Shown: piece after piece, positions 51,485 through 63,750 of the stretch | Layout of the letters: the number at the start of each line of letters is the position of its first letter | Numbering within the stretch: the stretch's first letter is position 1 | NCBI GenBank assembly: GCA_965112155.1 | Contig: OZ218105.1 | DNA length: 64,000 nt | Reading direction: 5' to 3' (one strand) | Origin: Podarcis liolepis | Taxonomy: Eukaryota | Translations under genes and position numbers: made by a program | The notes under the pieces: generated by a model | What the model was told of the DNA's origin: nothing | Database searches by the model: none | The model's input: the letters and a program-made list of their open reading frames with translations, nothing else

Positions 51485-52189
51485 CCTAACAGTGATCCAT
51501 GCAACGGTCACCTCCAGGCTTGACTACTGTAATTCGTTCTACGCGGGGCTGCCCTTGAAGCTGTCCCAGAAACTCCAGCGGGTGCAGAATGCTGCAGCGA
51601 GGCTTCTCACAGGGTCTCTGCAATGGGAACATATTCATCAAGTGCTTTTCCAGCTGCACTGGCTCCCGGTGGAGTACAGGGTCAGATTTAAGGTGCTGGT
51701 TTTGACCTTTAAAGCCCTTCATGGCCTAGGACCCTCGTACCTACGGGTCCGCCTCTCCTGGTATGCCCCACGGAGGACCTTAAGGTCCATAAACAGCAAC
51801 ACCCTAGAGGTCCCGGGCCCTAAGGAAGTTAGATTAGCCTCAGCTAGAGCCAGGGCCTTCTCAACACTGACTCTGGTCTGGTGGAACGCTCTGCCTCATG
51901 AGACCAGGGCCCTGCAGGATCTGATTTCTTTCCATAGGGCCTGTAAGACAGAGTTGTTCCACCTGGCCTTTGGCTTAGAATCAGTTTGATTCCCTCCCCC
52001 TCTTTCTTTTTCCTTTCTCTTCCTGTGAAGAGGCTGCATCCTAATGTTTTAATGTTGTATTTTAATCTTGTTTTTTAAATTGCATTTTAATCTACTTGTT
52101 TTTATTATTGGTTGTTAGCCACCCTGAGCCCAGTCTTGGCTGGGGAGGGCGGGGTATAGATAAAATTATTATTATTATTATTATTATTA
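51485..52189 (+). mobile_element. L2 LINE, 5'-truncated, ORF2 C-terminus still open
   Basis: ORF 51492-51989 IHATVTSRLDYCNSFYAGLPLKLSQKLQRVQNAAARLL...HWLPVEYRVRFKVL...WNALP; 3' UTR and (TTA)n tail. Confidence 0.93.
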
Positions 52190-52565
52190 ACTAAAGCTGC
52201 AGGCATCTGGGACCTCCTGCATGCTAAGAAGATGCTATGACCTCTGGTCTGTGAGCGCAGTGGTGGTTTTACTGAAGGTGCTTGCATCAAAGGGAAGCAC
52301 AGAAATTTTCAAAATTAAAACCGGAACAAAGCCTGTTCTATATAATGCAAGAAGGCACTAACAAAACAGAGAAATCTAGATCCCGATTCTGCCCTTTCCA
52401 TCGCGAGCCTTTGCCAGCATCCAATTACCCTTTGACTGCCTTGCTTAATTTAAGGAAGTCAGCTTCCGTCGAGCGCCCCTCATCGCTTCAATGCAAGTGC
52501 CAAGCCCCTCCCAACTGGTGCCTCGTCTTCCCTGAAGCCCTCTAGACATTCCTGTGCAGCAATTA

Positions 52566-52754
52566 CCATATTTACAGTACTCGAGTCTAATGCGCCATCG
52601 AATTGAATGCGCACCTCCATTTTCAGAACCTTGAAACCAAAAAAAGTATTTGCTGGCGAATGTATGCGTGCCATCGAATCGAATGCAGACCTTGATTTTC
52701 GCAGCGTAATTTGGTTGGCCAAAAAAGGTGAGCATTAGATTCAAGTAAATACGG
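52566..52754. mobile_element. Tc1/mariner (Tc2/pogo-like) MITE
   Basis: TA-CCATATTTAC...CTCGAGTCTAATGC / GCATTAGATTCAAGTAAATACGG-TA. Confidence 0.8.
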
Positions 52755-53923
52755 TAATAAATGGTAATGTATGCCGTCTGTCTCCTTCATTTCTGTACAG
52801 TGTAAATATTTTATGAGTTTGGAAATGGCACTGAAACCTCGTTGGAGGACGATTGCCTTGCAAGCCTCTCGGTTCGTTGCCAAAGAAGGGCGCTCCTGCC
52901 TTCCATGGTTGTATACATACATGCACACACAATCCAATCACGCTATGCAGAAAATCTCAACAGAAGTCTTGACACCACTTCCCCTAGGCATCAGTATAAT
53001 GCTATTGCCCTTGAAACCTACAGTCTCAAAAGGCTGAGACCTTCTAACAAACACACGTCATTTATTTCTAGTTCAGAGTTATCATTACCTTTCAGATCGG
53101 TACTCAGCAGAAAGCTGGTTTAACTGGATATTTCCAAGATGCTCCATCAAAATCAAAGCCTTTCAAAAACAAGACATCATTCACGTTAATCAGCCACCGA
53201 ATGCCAACAATTACTTGCAGCGCTGTCAGGCCACCATCAAAATCAAATGGTGAATGTCAACAATGTCCAGTTTGGATTCACAGGAACACACTTCGTCAGG
53301 ATTTTGATGAGTAAAACTAAATTACAATAACCGTCTTTATTCTTTTAGAGTAAAATTGATTGAAATAATTTATGAGGCATTGCTGTTTGCTGCATGCTTT
53401 GTTTTGGGCTTTGTTGGCTATAAGCAACATAGAAAGAGGTAAATCTATAAATTAGCATATCCCTCCATCATTTGACATCATCTTTTGAGTTCCAAAGCCA
53501 AACTCTGTTATTTTACTCTGCATAGCTCTTCACAGCAATCCCTATGAAAGTATCTCAATGGACAGTGTTAGGTAAGCAGGACAGAAGAGGACCACTTTCC
53601 CATTCAGTAAAAATAATTGTTGGGGGGGGGTTCCCCTCTGTGGTGCCCTGCAATATCAAAGAGCACTGAGAATGCCATAACTGCATTTATATATTTTTTA
53701 AAAACCTACCTGTGTTGTTTTTAGCCCGTCTCAACTGTTGCAGATTACAGTTCCATAGAACTCAGTGAGACCCCCTGAGAATTGAGACATGTTTATCTGG
53801 GTTCTGTTTCTTTCTCCCACTAGTGTCCTTTTCATCCATTCTACACATCTGGTAAATAGAGAGGCATCACATAGCTTTGAGCTCATGTCCCATCCCCTCA
53901 ACATCCATGAGTTTAGCATGGAT

Positions 53924-54392
53924 TAGGGCTGGACGATATATCAATATATTGTCCAAAACCCGGTTTGAAGTCCATACTGTGCTATTGGTTTCATAATTTT
54001 TGACCTGGCAATGTATCAAGAAACATGATGTGTCTGTGTGCTATGCTAAAATCACAATGTGGGGAAAACTGTGAAGCCAGCAAATGCCTCTACATAGCTC
54101 CATCCTTATTTCAGACATTGTGATACAGTGGTACCTTGGATGTCGAACTTAATCCGTTCCGGGGATCCGTTCGACTCCCAGAATGGTTCAAAAACCAAGG
54201 CATGGCTTCCGATTGGCTCAATTGGTAGCCGCGTCAGACGTTCAGCTTCCAAAAAAAGTTCGCAAATCGAAACACTTCTGGGTTTGCGGCATTCGGGAGC
54301 CAATTAGTTCGGGAGCCAAGCTGTTTGAGAACCAAGGTACCACTGTATATTGGTATATTGCAATGTTGAAAATCAGATATTGTACAGCCGTA
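53924..54392. mobile_element. hAT MITE containing a nested Tigger-like MITE
   Basis: TIR TAGGGCTGGACGATAT / ATATTGTACAGCCGTA; perfect 8-bp TSD GCATGGAT. Confidence 0.9.
54126..54345. mobile_element. Tigger-like MITE, third subfamily
   Basis: CAGTGGTACCTTGG...CCAAGGTACCACTG; TA TSD. Confidence 0.9.
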
Positions 54393-54687
54393 GCATGGAT
54401 GCTTACATAGGAGCAGCTGAACATCTGGATGTCAAGGGACTGGGACAACCATTCTACCTATGGACACCTCCCAAGAAAAGGGCTTAGAGTTTGATAGAAT
54501 CCAAGGGGAAGTTTCTAAAGTGATTAATTTATTAAATTTCTACCACAAATTCTCAACGCAGTAGAGAATCCACAGCAGCTGCAATAAGTTTCAGTTGCTT
54601 CCTCTCAAAACCTGCCCTACCTAGACATCAAAGAATGGAGGAGCTGCTTCCTTTGCAGACACAATCTCTCCCAAAGATGCCTTCCAT

Positions 54688-55167
54688 CATAGGTGCCAAT
54701 TCCTGTTGAGCACCCACAAAATTCCCCATGAAAGTGTTAAAGGTAAAGGGACCCCTGACCATTAGATCCAGTCATGGCCGACTCTGGGGTTGCGGCGCTC
54801 ATCTCGTTTTACTGGCCAAGGGAGCCGGCGTATAGCTTCCAGGTCATGTGGCCAGCATGACTAAGCCGCTTCTGGCGAACCAGAGCAGCGCACAGAAATG
54901 CCGTTTACCTTCCCGCAGGAGCGGTACCTATTTATCTACTTGCATTTTGATGTGCTTTCGAACTGCTGGGTTGGCAGGAGCAGGGACCGAGCAACGGGAG
55001 CTCACCCTGTCGTGGGGATTCGAACTGCCGACCTTCTGATCGGCAAGTCCTAGGCTCTGTGGTTTAACCCACGTCCCATGAAAGGGTTGGGCACCCACAA
55101 ATTTCAGGCTATGCACGCTGCAGGGCACCCAGGCACCCACATTCACGGGCCAAAGCTGGCACTCCTG
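54688..55167. mobile_element. hAT-like MITE containing a nested Sauria SINE
   Basis: CATAGGTGCCAA...CTGGCACTCCTG; perfect 8-bp TSD CCTTCCAT; related uninterrupted element at 57830-57941. Confidence 0.85.
54739..55077 (-). mobile_element. Sauria SINE (subfamily A)
   Basis: Antisense copy; TSD ATGAAAG(T/G)GTT. Confidence 0.93.
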
Positions 55168-56619
55168 CCTTCCATCAAGAACTATTTGGGTGAGAACAAC
55201 CTAAAGTGAAAACTGCAGGACTTTTATGCTTCTTCTAAAAACACTTCTTTTTTCATTTTTTTTTAAGCAAAGGCTGGATGTTTCTCAGACTGATAAAGGG
55301 CTGTTCCAAAAAACATCAAGATTTCTGTATGTGAATTCCCAATGGTACGAGCTGACAAAGCTCCGTAAAACAATTTGGGTCCACAAAGCTTGAAGTAAGC
55401 AGGATCTCAACATAAATACAACAGCTCACTCTCTGCAAGCGGTTAGCTTTATTTGGTTCTGAGTGGAAGGGGGGGAATTAAAACAGTCCCCAGATCTATG
55501 AGACTCTGCAGACAAGTCCTTCACAACATGCCATTGGCTTTTATAGCCATCACCTACAAACCCAAGGAAAACAGTGAAATAAATAAGCCAGAATTGGGCT
55601 CCTTGGGAACATTTGAGGAATTCACATTTATTCGTCCAGAATAAAGTAGAAAGCAGTACATACCACTAACGGATGACAAAAAATCAGTTTTGGAGAAAGG
55701 GGTGGAGAGTGATTAATGTCCCTGACTGCGCCTCTCAAAATCCTCTTCATTGCAAGAAGCATTCTGTATTAGGTTTCGTTGTTACAGATAACCTTGTCAT
55801 TTTGCTTAAAATAAAGTCTAGGCTATTCATATCATCTCAGCCCGGTCAGCGTCTCACCACCTGGGAAACAAATTTGACTTTTCGAAATGTGGAATATTCC
55901 TCAAAATGAAGGAGGAAACGTGATCCTTGCTTTTCATTAGCCCAACCGATTTCTGGAGAATCACTTGATGTGTGGTTCCTGCTCCACCCCCTGCAGCAAT
56001 CTTTTAAGCTTTTTAATTAAACCACCTCTGTGGTTTGTGGCTTAAGTCCAATTTACGGTAGGTGTTACCTGGGTGAAAAGGTAACTGCACAGTGGCTGTG
56101 GGGTCACCACACTACAGTGACAATATCTGCAAAAATTAATGATGTGGTTAATCTGACGTACACTGGGATCTTCCATGCCATCACCACATAAAAAAAAAGT
56201 TCTGCCTACAGTCTGAGATCATATAATGGCAAAGACACCTTCCACTTGGGTTTTTATCCCCTCCCTCGTTTCCATCTTCCGCCTTCACCCCACCCTGTCC
56301 AGCAGTGCCCTCAAAGGGCAGCTGTTATTTGCAACAGCCATCGTTCCTGTCATTCTTAAAACTAGCAAGGTGGTTTGTTAATCTTGCATACAGGCCTGCT
56401 CTTATTTTTAATTTAACTTTGTTAGCAAGCCTTCAGAACATGTGTGTTTTTAGATCTGGTTTTCTCCCCCACCCTGACCAAGCCAATAACAAAATCTGTA
56501 CCAAGGAGATTCAAAATCTGCACTATAGTACACCTTATGTTCACTCTGAAGGATGGTCTTAAATCACTCCATGTGATGACGGTTGTATACTCAGTATCTG
56601 CATAGCAGATTTATTACAT

Positions 56620-56737
56620 CGGTGTTTTTCAAACTTGGGTCTTTGGCTGCTTTTAGACTACAATTCCCATCATCCCTTGCTAGCTAGGGATGATGGGAAT
56701 TATAGTCTAAAACAGCTGGAGAGCCACGTTTGGGAAA
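56620..56737. mobile_element. Palindromic hAT MITE (degraded)
   Basis: caaacttggg...actacaattcccatcatcc...ggatgatgggaattatagtc...tttgggaaa. Confidence 0.75.
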
Positions 56738-57829
56738 GTAGGGTTGCCATATTTCACATATTCAGACTACAGGTGGGGGATGTTACCCCTAATTAAATTC
56801 CCTAAACACAGAAAATTTAGATCACAATGAGAAATGGTCTAGTCTGGTCAAGTCTCTCTCATGTCATGCAAGTTTTCTTGGCATTTTCTGCCAGGAGAGG
56901 AAGCATTCAAACATACAACTCATTGGCTGCAGTTTTAAAGTGCTATGAAACCATGCATACATCTCAGTACGAGACCCATCATTTGTGTGCAAAGCAAGGC
57001 AGTAAGCTCTAGAGCGTCCCAGTACTGTTTTCTGTGTACTGGGCCCACACGTTTCAAGATGTGCCAAATTCAACAGATCTTTTAACAGCTATACAATGAC
57101 TCCATGGGTGCACGGAATGGAAACAGATCTGAATTCATCCTGGGCTAGGGGATAGAATCTGAGCTAAGCCACAACTGGGTGGAAACCCTCTTTCTTGCCC
57201 TCTCAAAGCATCACCCACCACCTGGGATGTTGCCACAATGGAGGCACTGTGGCGAAAGCTCTTTGCAAGCCAGCAAGTGCATCAGAGACATTAATGACTG
57301 AGGCACTGACCAGCATCGATCAATTGGTGCTGGTGTGAATGTGCAGCTGAAAGATGTAGAGGACAAAGCATTCGCTGCATGCTCAGCTTCAAATGTGAAC
57401 ACAGCCTTGGTTAGAAAGCAGGAAGGATAGGGACAAACAGAGGCACCTACAGTATTAATGACACCCAGTGGGTTTATATATGAATAATTGACGGAGGCGG
57501 GGGGTGGGGAACTGAACTTCCCTGAAATCTTTATTTTAAGCTGCTCAAGGGCAGGGGTTGCCCCACATTTCTCTTTGAAAAGCATTTAGCATATCTGGAA
57601 TGCTAAATATATAACAAAGTTGTCAACTAGTACCGAAAGAAATATTCAAGGCAATCTGAAAACGTACCAGAGACCTCCAGATCACAGAACTATAGGACCT
57701 GCGGAAAGGGAACCTCTTGCCTAGACACAGGAAGAAGCATAAGATGGGCGCCTGCAGGATCAAACCATTTTCACATTGCCAGAAAAAGTGTGACATATAT
57801 CACACCAACTCATATGACTCTCAACCCAT

Positions 57830-57941
57830 CAGGAGTGCCAACTTGGTCCCACAACTGTGGGTGCCCGGGGCTGTGGGTGCCCTTTGTGGGAGATGTTGTG
57901 GTTGCTTGGGCCCCCAGGACCTCTGGGAGTTGGCACCTATG
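57830..57941. mobile_element. hAT-like MITE
   Basis: CAGGAGTGCCAACT...AGTTGGCACCTATG; TSD caacccat/catcccat. Confidence 0.82.
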
Positions 57942-57959
57942 CATCCCATAAGGCGACTA

Positions 57960-58088
57960 ATGAGCACCAAGCAGGGCTGCCCCCTCTCCCCACTCCCCTT
58001 TGCCCTCTCTCAGGAACCACTAACTGTTGTATTATGTAGAAACATACCTATACAAGGCTACAGGATTAAAGGTGAAGAGCATCATATA
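57960..58088 (+). mobile_element. L1-clade reverse transcriptase internal fragment
   Basis: STKQGCPLSPLPFALSQEPL...IQGYRIKGEEHHI resembles the L1 RT GTRQGCPLSPLLF...EPL region upstream of YADD. Confidence 0.75.
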
Positions 58089-58214
58089 GGTTTTTGTTTC
58101 TTTGTTTCATAAATTTTATACACTGCCTGACTGAAACCCCCCCTAAAACCCTCAATGTGGTTTTCAATTCTTTCAACAGCTGTGTAATGTGATAGAGATA
58201 TATGATGAGCAGGT

Positions 58215-58400
58215 GAACCACCAAATTGTGCCCTAGCTGCAGCTTCTGGGGTCAGCCTCAAAGGAAGCATACCATAGAGACCACTGCAGTAATCCAGTTT
58301 GGATGTTACTAGCGCATGGACAACATTGGTCAGACTATCCGAGTCCAGAAGCAACACTCCTGGTCTCAGTAGGTCACCTGGGCCTCTAATGAGAGAGATG
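58215..58400 (-). mobile_element. L2 ORF2 fragment
   Basis: LDSDSLTNVVHALVTSKLDYCSGLYGMLPLRL. Confidence 0.75.
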
Positions 58401-59078
58401 GATCCAGAAGCACCCGAGACAATGAACTTGGTCCTTCATGGGATTAGGTATGAAATGATTTACAAAGATCTGCTAACTTGGATAGTCAAATGGGTTGCCA
58501 GTTGCTAGGGGGTCAAGCTGGACAGAGCGTTACCTTACAAACCATTACATGAAACGTTGAAATATATTTCAGCCTTGCATACTTTAGAATCAAACTCCAG
58601 GCTGCAGCAAAAACTTATCTAGAAAATGCTTAACAACCCATCCCTTTATTGAGAAGCTAGAAAGCATGACTTGCAGGAGTTGGAAAAAATTATCAAATTT
58701 TATATATATCTCTCCCCAGAAGTGGTTTAAGTTACCTAGCAACCCATCTTTTTTCATAACACAATAGACGGTCCACAAATTTTGACTTGGCTTATACAAC
58801 CAAGCATAGGTGGGTTTTTTGTTTTTTGTTTCTGTTGAGTTTTGGAGCTGCCAAATAGTGTGTCTTATTCAACCTGCTGCAAAGCTAAGCACAGTACCAA
58901 AAGGTCCTTTCTCTCTTGACAAACACAGCAATGTATATTGTGGTCAGAATCGAGTATACACTTCCACAGAGTTAACACTAAATACATTACTTCTGGTAAA
59001 CGAGCCACCAAATGAGCCCATTTAGAGAGCTGTGAAAATTTGTGTCCCAGGCTTTTTAGACTCGTCTACCCATGTACT

Positions 59079-59459
59079 AGGTAAAAGGTTTAGGACCCCT
59101 GGATGGTTAAGCCCAGTCAAAGGCGACTATGGGGTTGTGGTGCTCATCTCACTTCAGGCTGAGGGAGCTGGCGTTTGTCCACAGACAGCTTTCTGGGTCA
59201 TGTGGCCAGCATGACTAAACCGCTTCTGGCACAACAGAACACCGTGACGGAAACCAGAGTGCACGGAAATACTGTTTACCTTCCTGCCGCAGCGGTGCCT
59301 ATTTATCTACTTGCGCTGGCATGCTTTTGAACTGCTAGGTTGGCAGGAGCTGGGACTGTGCAACCGGAGCTCACCTGTCACAGGGATTGGAATCGGCAAC
59401 CTTCTGATTGGCAAGCCCAAGAGGCTCAGTGGTTTAGACCACAGCACCATCTGTGTCTC
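59079..59459 (-). mobile_element. Sauria SINE (subfamily B)
   Basis: Antisense full-length copy; TSD ATGTACTA. Confidence 0.93.
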
Positions 59460-59576
59460 ATGTACTATCTAAAACCAAAGGGGTGCATTGGTTGCCAGAT
59501 GTGATTTCCCCCCCACCAGCTGTCCTAACCTCACTACAATGGTTTACCACCAAGCATACACTCAGCAGGCCAAGTA

Positions 59577-59789
59577 CAGTGGTACCTCCGGTGGCGGATG
59601 GGATCCGTTCCAGAGCTCTGGTCGGATCCCGAGGTTTTCGCAACTGGAGGTGCCTGTTCTGCACATGCGCGTGGTGTGGTAGAGCGCTTCTGTGCATGCG
59701 CCGAAACCCAGAAAAATACTTCCGGGTTTGCCGCGTGTGTATCCCAAAGGATATGTAACGAGAGGTGTGTATAAGTAGAGGTACCACTG
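59577..59789. mobile_element. Tigger-like MITE
   Basis: CAGTGGTACCTC...GAGGTACCACTG; TA TSD. Confidence 0.88.
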
Positions 59790-59836
59790 TATATGATATA
59801 CATGTTTTCAAGCACTCATTTGTCAAAAGGTTTATA

Positions 59837-60096
59837 CAGTGGACGCTCGGGTTGTGAACGTGATCCATGTGGGATGCACGTTCGCAACCCGCAATGTTTG
59901 CAACCCGCATCTGTGCGTTTGCGCATGCATGGGTTGTGATTCGGCGGTTCTGCACATGCGCAAAGCGTGATTTGGTGCTTCTGCACATGCGTGACTGCCG
60001 AAACCCAGAAGTAATCAGTTCCGGCACTTCCAGGTTTCGGCGGTCCGCAACCCAAAAAAATGCAACCTGAAGCGGCTGTAACCCGAGGTATGACTG
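59837..60096. mobile_element. Tigger-like MITE (same subfamily as 36272)
   Basis: CAGTGGACGCTCGGGTT...AACCCGAGGTATGACTG; TA TSD. Confidence 0.88.
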
Positions 60097-60493
60097 TACT
60101 TAACATTTTCATATGTGTACACCTAAAAACCACATACATTTTTATGTGTGTGAAAACACCCTATGATTTTAGTTATTATGGGCTTACAAGCAAGCAAGGT
60201 CAAATAGTGTTCGGAAGTATTAAAGCCTCCCATGGGTGGTATTGAATGATTGAAGTTAACCTTTGGGGATGCAGTTTCAACACAGGTTTTATTTGGCCTG
60301 ATTCTGCGCAGCCCCTTGGCCTGATTTGGCGGCAGCCCCTTGAAAACAGAAGTGCCTGAGGACTGTTCGACACAGGAATGGCATTATGCGTATGAAGCAG
60401 CTTCCAGGCGATTTCAAAATCTCTTTTACGGGGAGCTGCAATCATGTGGTTGAAAATTGTTTGAACTGTGTAGTAAGCAGCCAGAAACAAATA

Positions 60494-60717
60494 CAGTGGT
60501 ACCTCGGGTTACATACGCTTCAGGTTACAGACTCCGCTAACCCAGAAATAGTGCTTCAGGTTAAGAACTTTGCTTCAGGTTGAAAACAGAAATCGTGCTC
60601 CAGTGGCGCGGCGGCAGCGGGAGGCCCCATTAGCTAAAGTGGTGCTTCAGGTTAAGAAGTTTCAGGTTAAGAACGGACCTCTGGAACGAATTAAGTACTT
60701 AACCTGAGGTACCACTG
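60494..60717. mobile_element. Tigger-like MITE (same subfamily as 7864)
   Basis: CAGTGGTACCTCGGGTTA...AACCTGAGGTACCACTG; TA TSD. Confidence 0.92.
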
Positions 60718-61145
60718 TATGAAGCTGCATTGTACATCACGTGTCTGAGGCATTTCATTTTTTTGAAGCAGCTATGGGTTGAAATAGAGATGATGCAAGA
60801 GATTTGTGAATGGTTTGTTTTTGTTTTTCCGGTTTCGACTCCTCTTTCCATTTATGCTGTCATGGAAAACCCTGATTTAGAGCAGAATGGTGGCAAGTGG
60901 AGGGGGTTTAACTCTTTCCTCCTGCACCATTCCCCAATTTTAATTGCCACCCTAAAGCTGCGATCTGGGCAGGCACATTTGTTGGGCATTTCCATTGCAC
61001 AGAAAGTAGACTTTCTGTCAAGAGGGGGGAGAGGGACGTAGGTTTAAGGAAATAGCACCAGGGGAAAGGCTTAAACACACACCCTGCTCCCTCCGAGCCC
61101 ACCCTGCTCAGAGTAGTATCTCTGCTCTGATCAAAATCACAGTTC

Positions 61146-61194
61146 CTATCGTGGCATCAGTTTCATAATTTTTGACCTGGCAATGTATCATGAA

Positions 61195-61236
<42 letters not shown>

Positions 61237-61515
61237 TGTGTGTGATATGCAAAAATCACAATGTGGGAAAAACCACACAGCCAGCTAATGCCTCTACATA
61301 GCTCCAATGTCCTGATTTCAGACATTGTGATATATATGTATTTGCAATGCTTAGGTGGAGATATATCACGATGTTGGAAACCAGATATCGCCCAGCCCTA
61401 CTGTTCACCTCTACATAGTTCCATACTTATTTCAGACATCATGATATATTGATATATTGCGGTGTTTAGGTGGTGATATATTGTGATGTTGAAAACCAGA
61501 TATCGCCCAGCTCTA
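61146..61515. mobile_element. Partial hAT MITE (family of 53924) with duplicated right end and internal (CT)n(GT)n
   Basis: Shares tttcataatttttgacctggcaatgtatca...cctctacatagctcc with 53924; GATATCGCCCAGC(C/T)CTA end at 61400 and again at 61515. Confidence 0.82.
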
Positions 61516-63319
61516 GTAAAGACCCATTTATCCAATTGGGAAGGCCTGCTGGAACAAAATTTTTAAAAATGTCTTCAATTGCTTCTGGAATCCATATAAT
61601 ACATTAAATCACCACACACCTGGCGGAGTTTTAATTCAAGATCTCTTCAAGTGAAGTATCTTTTTAAGTTTTCCTTTCCCTGACCTCTCCCTTTGACTTG
61701 CCTTACCAAATAAACATTTAAAAATATAGAACACGACAAGGGACTCCATCCTGGTGATATAGGATAACTAGGGACATCCAAGAGCCTAAGGCAAAGCCCT
61801 CGGCAACGCACAAATTCCAACAGAGATTGCCTTTGGACATGTTGGGCTGTCAATGTGAGGTTGGTTATTTCTCTTTTGAAACTCCTTGCCTTGGTTGGTT
61901 TAGTTAGATTTCTTAACACGGAAGTCCTATATGCCCTGCCCCAAAGGTGGCCAAGATTCTTCCACTACATATTCTCACCGCAGCAGAAATCCATGAGAAT
62001 GTTGTTGCTTTAAACGTACATAGTAGCATGTGTAATTGCTTTGTTTTCAGAGTTCATTTTCAGGGCAAAGGTTCTTTTTCTGCCCTTGTGTCAGGAATCT
62101 GTACATCAGCAGTAACTGCCGTATATCATTGACACTTAAGGTATCCTCACGTTGTCGCTAACTCCACTCTCACTATTAGCTTTCAAAGCCGCATTCACAT
62201 GTTGACAAGTTACTTGACAAATGTTGCTGCTAGGGGCATTTTTTTCTCCCACCTTCTTCTTCTTTGGCGATCACTCGTAGCCGAGTAAGATTGTCTTCCA
62301 TAAACATGTTTGGGTTGGGTTTTTGGAAGACGCCTGTGTGTGAATTTGTTTTATGTGTGTAGATCAGTGCATGCTGACCAACGCACAGTCTTTGCGGTAC
62401 GGCTCTCTTCTGATGGCATGAAGTAGTCACGACAAACCGGTAGATTCCTATCTGCTGCAGCCTTCATCCGCCTTCACAGCTGTTGTAACTTACCGCTTGT
62501 TATCATCTGCCTGTTCTGCCATTGAGGACATCTTGGATCATTCTCCCACCATGTTCAGTCTGACTAGGAAACTTAAGCCACATTCCTACTTCAGATAAGT
62601 GTGAACATTTGAGGCAGCTGTCACACATGCACAGATGCGAGAGCATGCACAGATATCACAGCTTTGTGAATAGGAATAGAGGCAGGCGTTTTCTACTGCC
62701 CAAACCTTTATACCGGCCAGAGTAAACTTGTGGGAACATGATATGTTCTATTTTTCATCTCTGAAAAACAGACTTCTATGCCACATCAATATTAGTTCTT
62801 GAAACTATCCTCAGTTTCAAAAGCAGCTCGGCGAGCATCACGAGATGCTGCTGTTTGAGAAACACAGGTCCAAAGTCCCTTGGGCGCATGAAACCTGTTG
62901 CACGGTTCTTCACGACCTTGTTATCTTGAATGCAAGACCATCCATTTCCATTACCATACTTCAGCAGCACCTTTAAAGTTATTCTGAAAGGAACCCGTGG
63001 AATTCAAGACCGTGTTTTAACTACCAAATGTAAGCAGAAGTGATAGGAATCGGTGGTGCAGTGAGGAAATGGACTTAATGGTCTAACAAGCACTCTTTCA
63101 GGTGATAATGTGTATGCTTCACTTACTTTAAGTTGCCCTATAGGAGCGCTCCTTAGCTGGGAATGTACATTGCATCACTTACTTCAAAATATAGTTAAGT
63201 GAGCTCTGCTGCATTTGAGAGCCTTTTTGCTCATTCTGCTGAGAGAGGTCCTGGATTCCTGCCCAAAAGTCCCATACCCTCCAACACTTCTCTGATGAAA
63301 ATAGGGACATCCTAATTCA

Positions 63320-63750
63320 TAATAACAACAACAATAATTTTATTATTTATACCTCTCTCATCTGACTGGGTTGCCCTAGCCGCTCTGGGCGGGTTCCAAC
63401 ATACCGTATTTTTTGCTCTATAAGATGCACCAGACCACAAGACACACCTAGTTTTTGGAGGAGGAAAACAAGAGGGGGAAAAAATCTGAATCTCAGAAGC
63501 CAGAACAGCGAGAGGGATTGCTGTGCAGTGAAAGCAGCAATCCCTCTTGCTGTTCTGGCTTCTGGGATAGCTGCGCAGCCTGCATTCGCTCCATAAGGCG
63601 CACACACATTTCCCCTTACTTTTTAGGAGGGAAAAAGTGAGTCTTATAGAGCAAAAAATACGGTATATAAAAACATCATTAAACATTAAACATAAAAAAC
63701 TTTCCTATACAGGGCTGCCTGTCGATGTCTTCTAAAGGTTGTATAGTTTC
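63320..63750 (-). mobile_element. L2 3' end fragment (split by a MITE)
   Basis: ttattatttatacc...catctgactgggttgccctagccgctctgggcggg...cagggctgcct...gatgtcttctaaa. Confidence 0.8.
63404..63663. mobile_element. Tc2/pogo-like MITE
   Basis: TIR CCGTATTTTTTGCTCTATAAGA / TCTTATAGAGCAAAAAATACGG; TA TSD. Confidence 0.92.

Noticed and set aside
59458-60139. Several overlapping ORFs
   Set aside because: GC-rich MITE interiors; no transposase motifs
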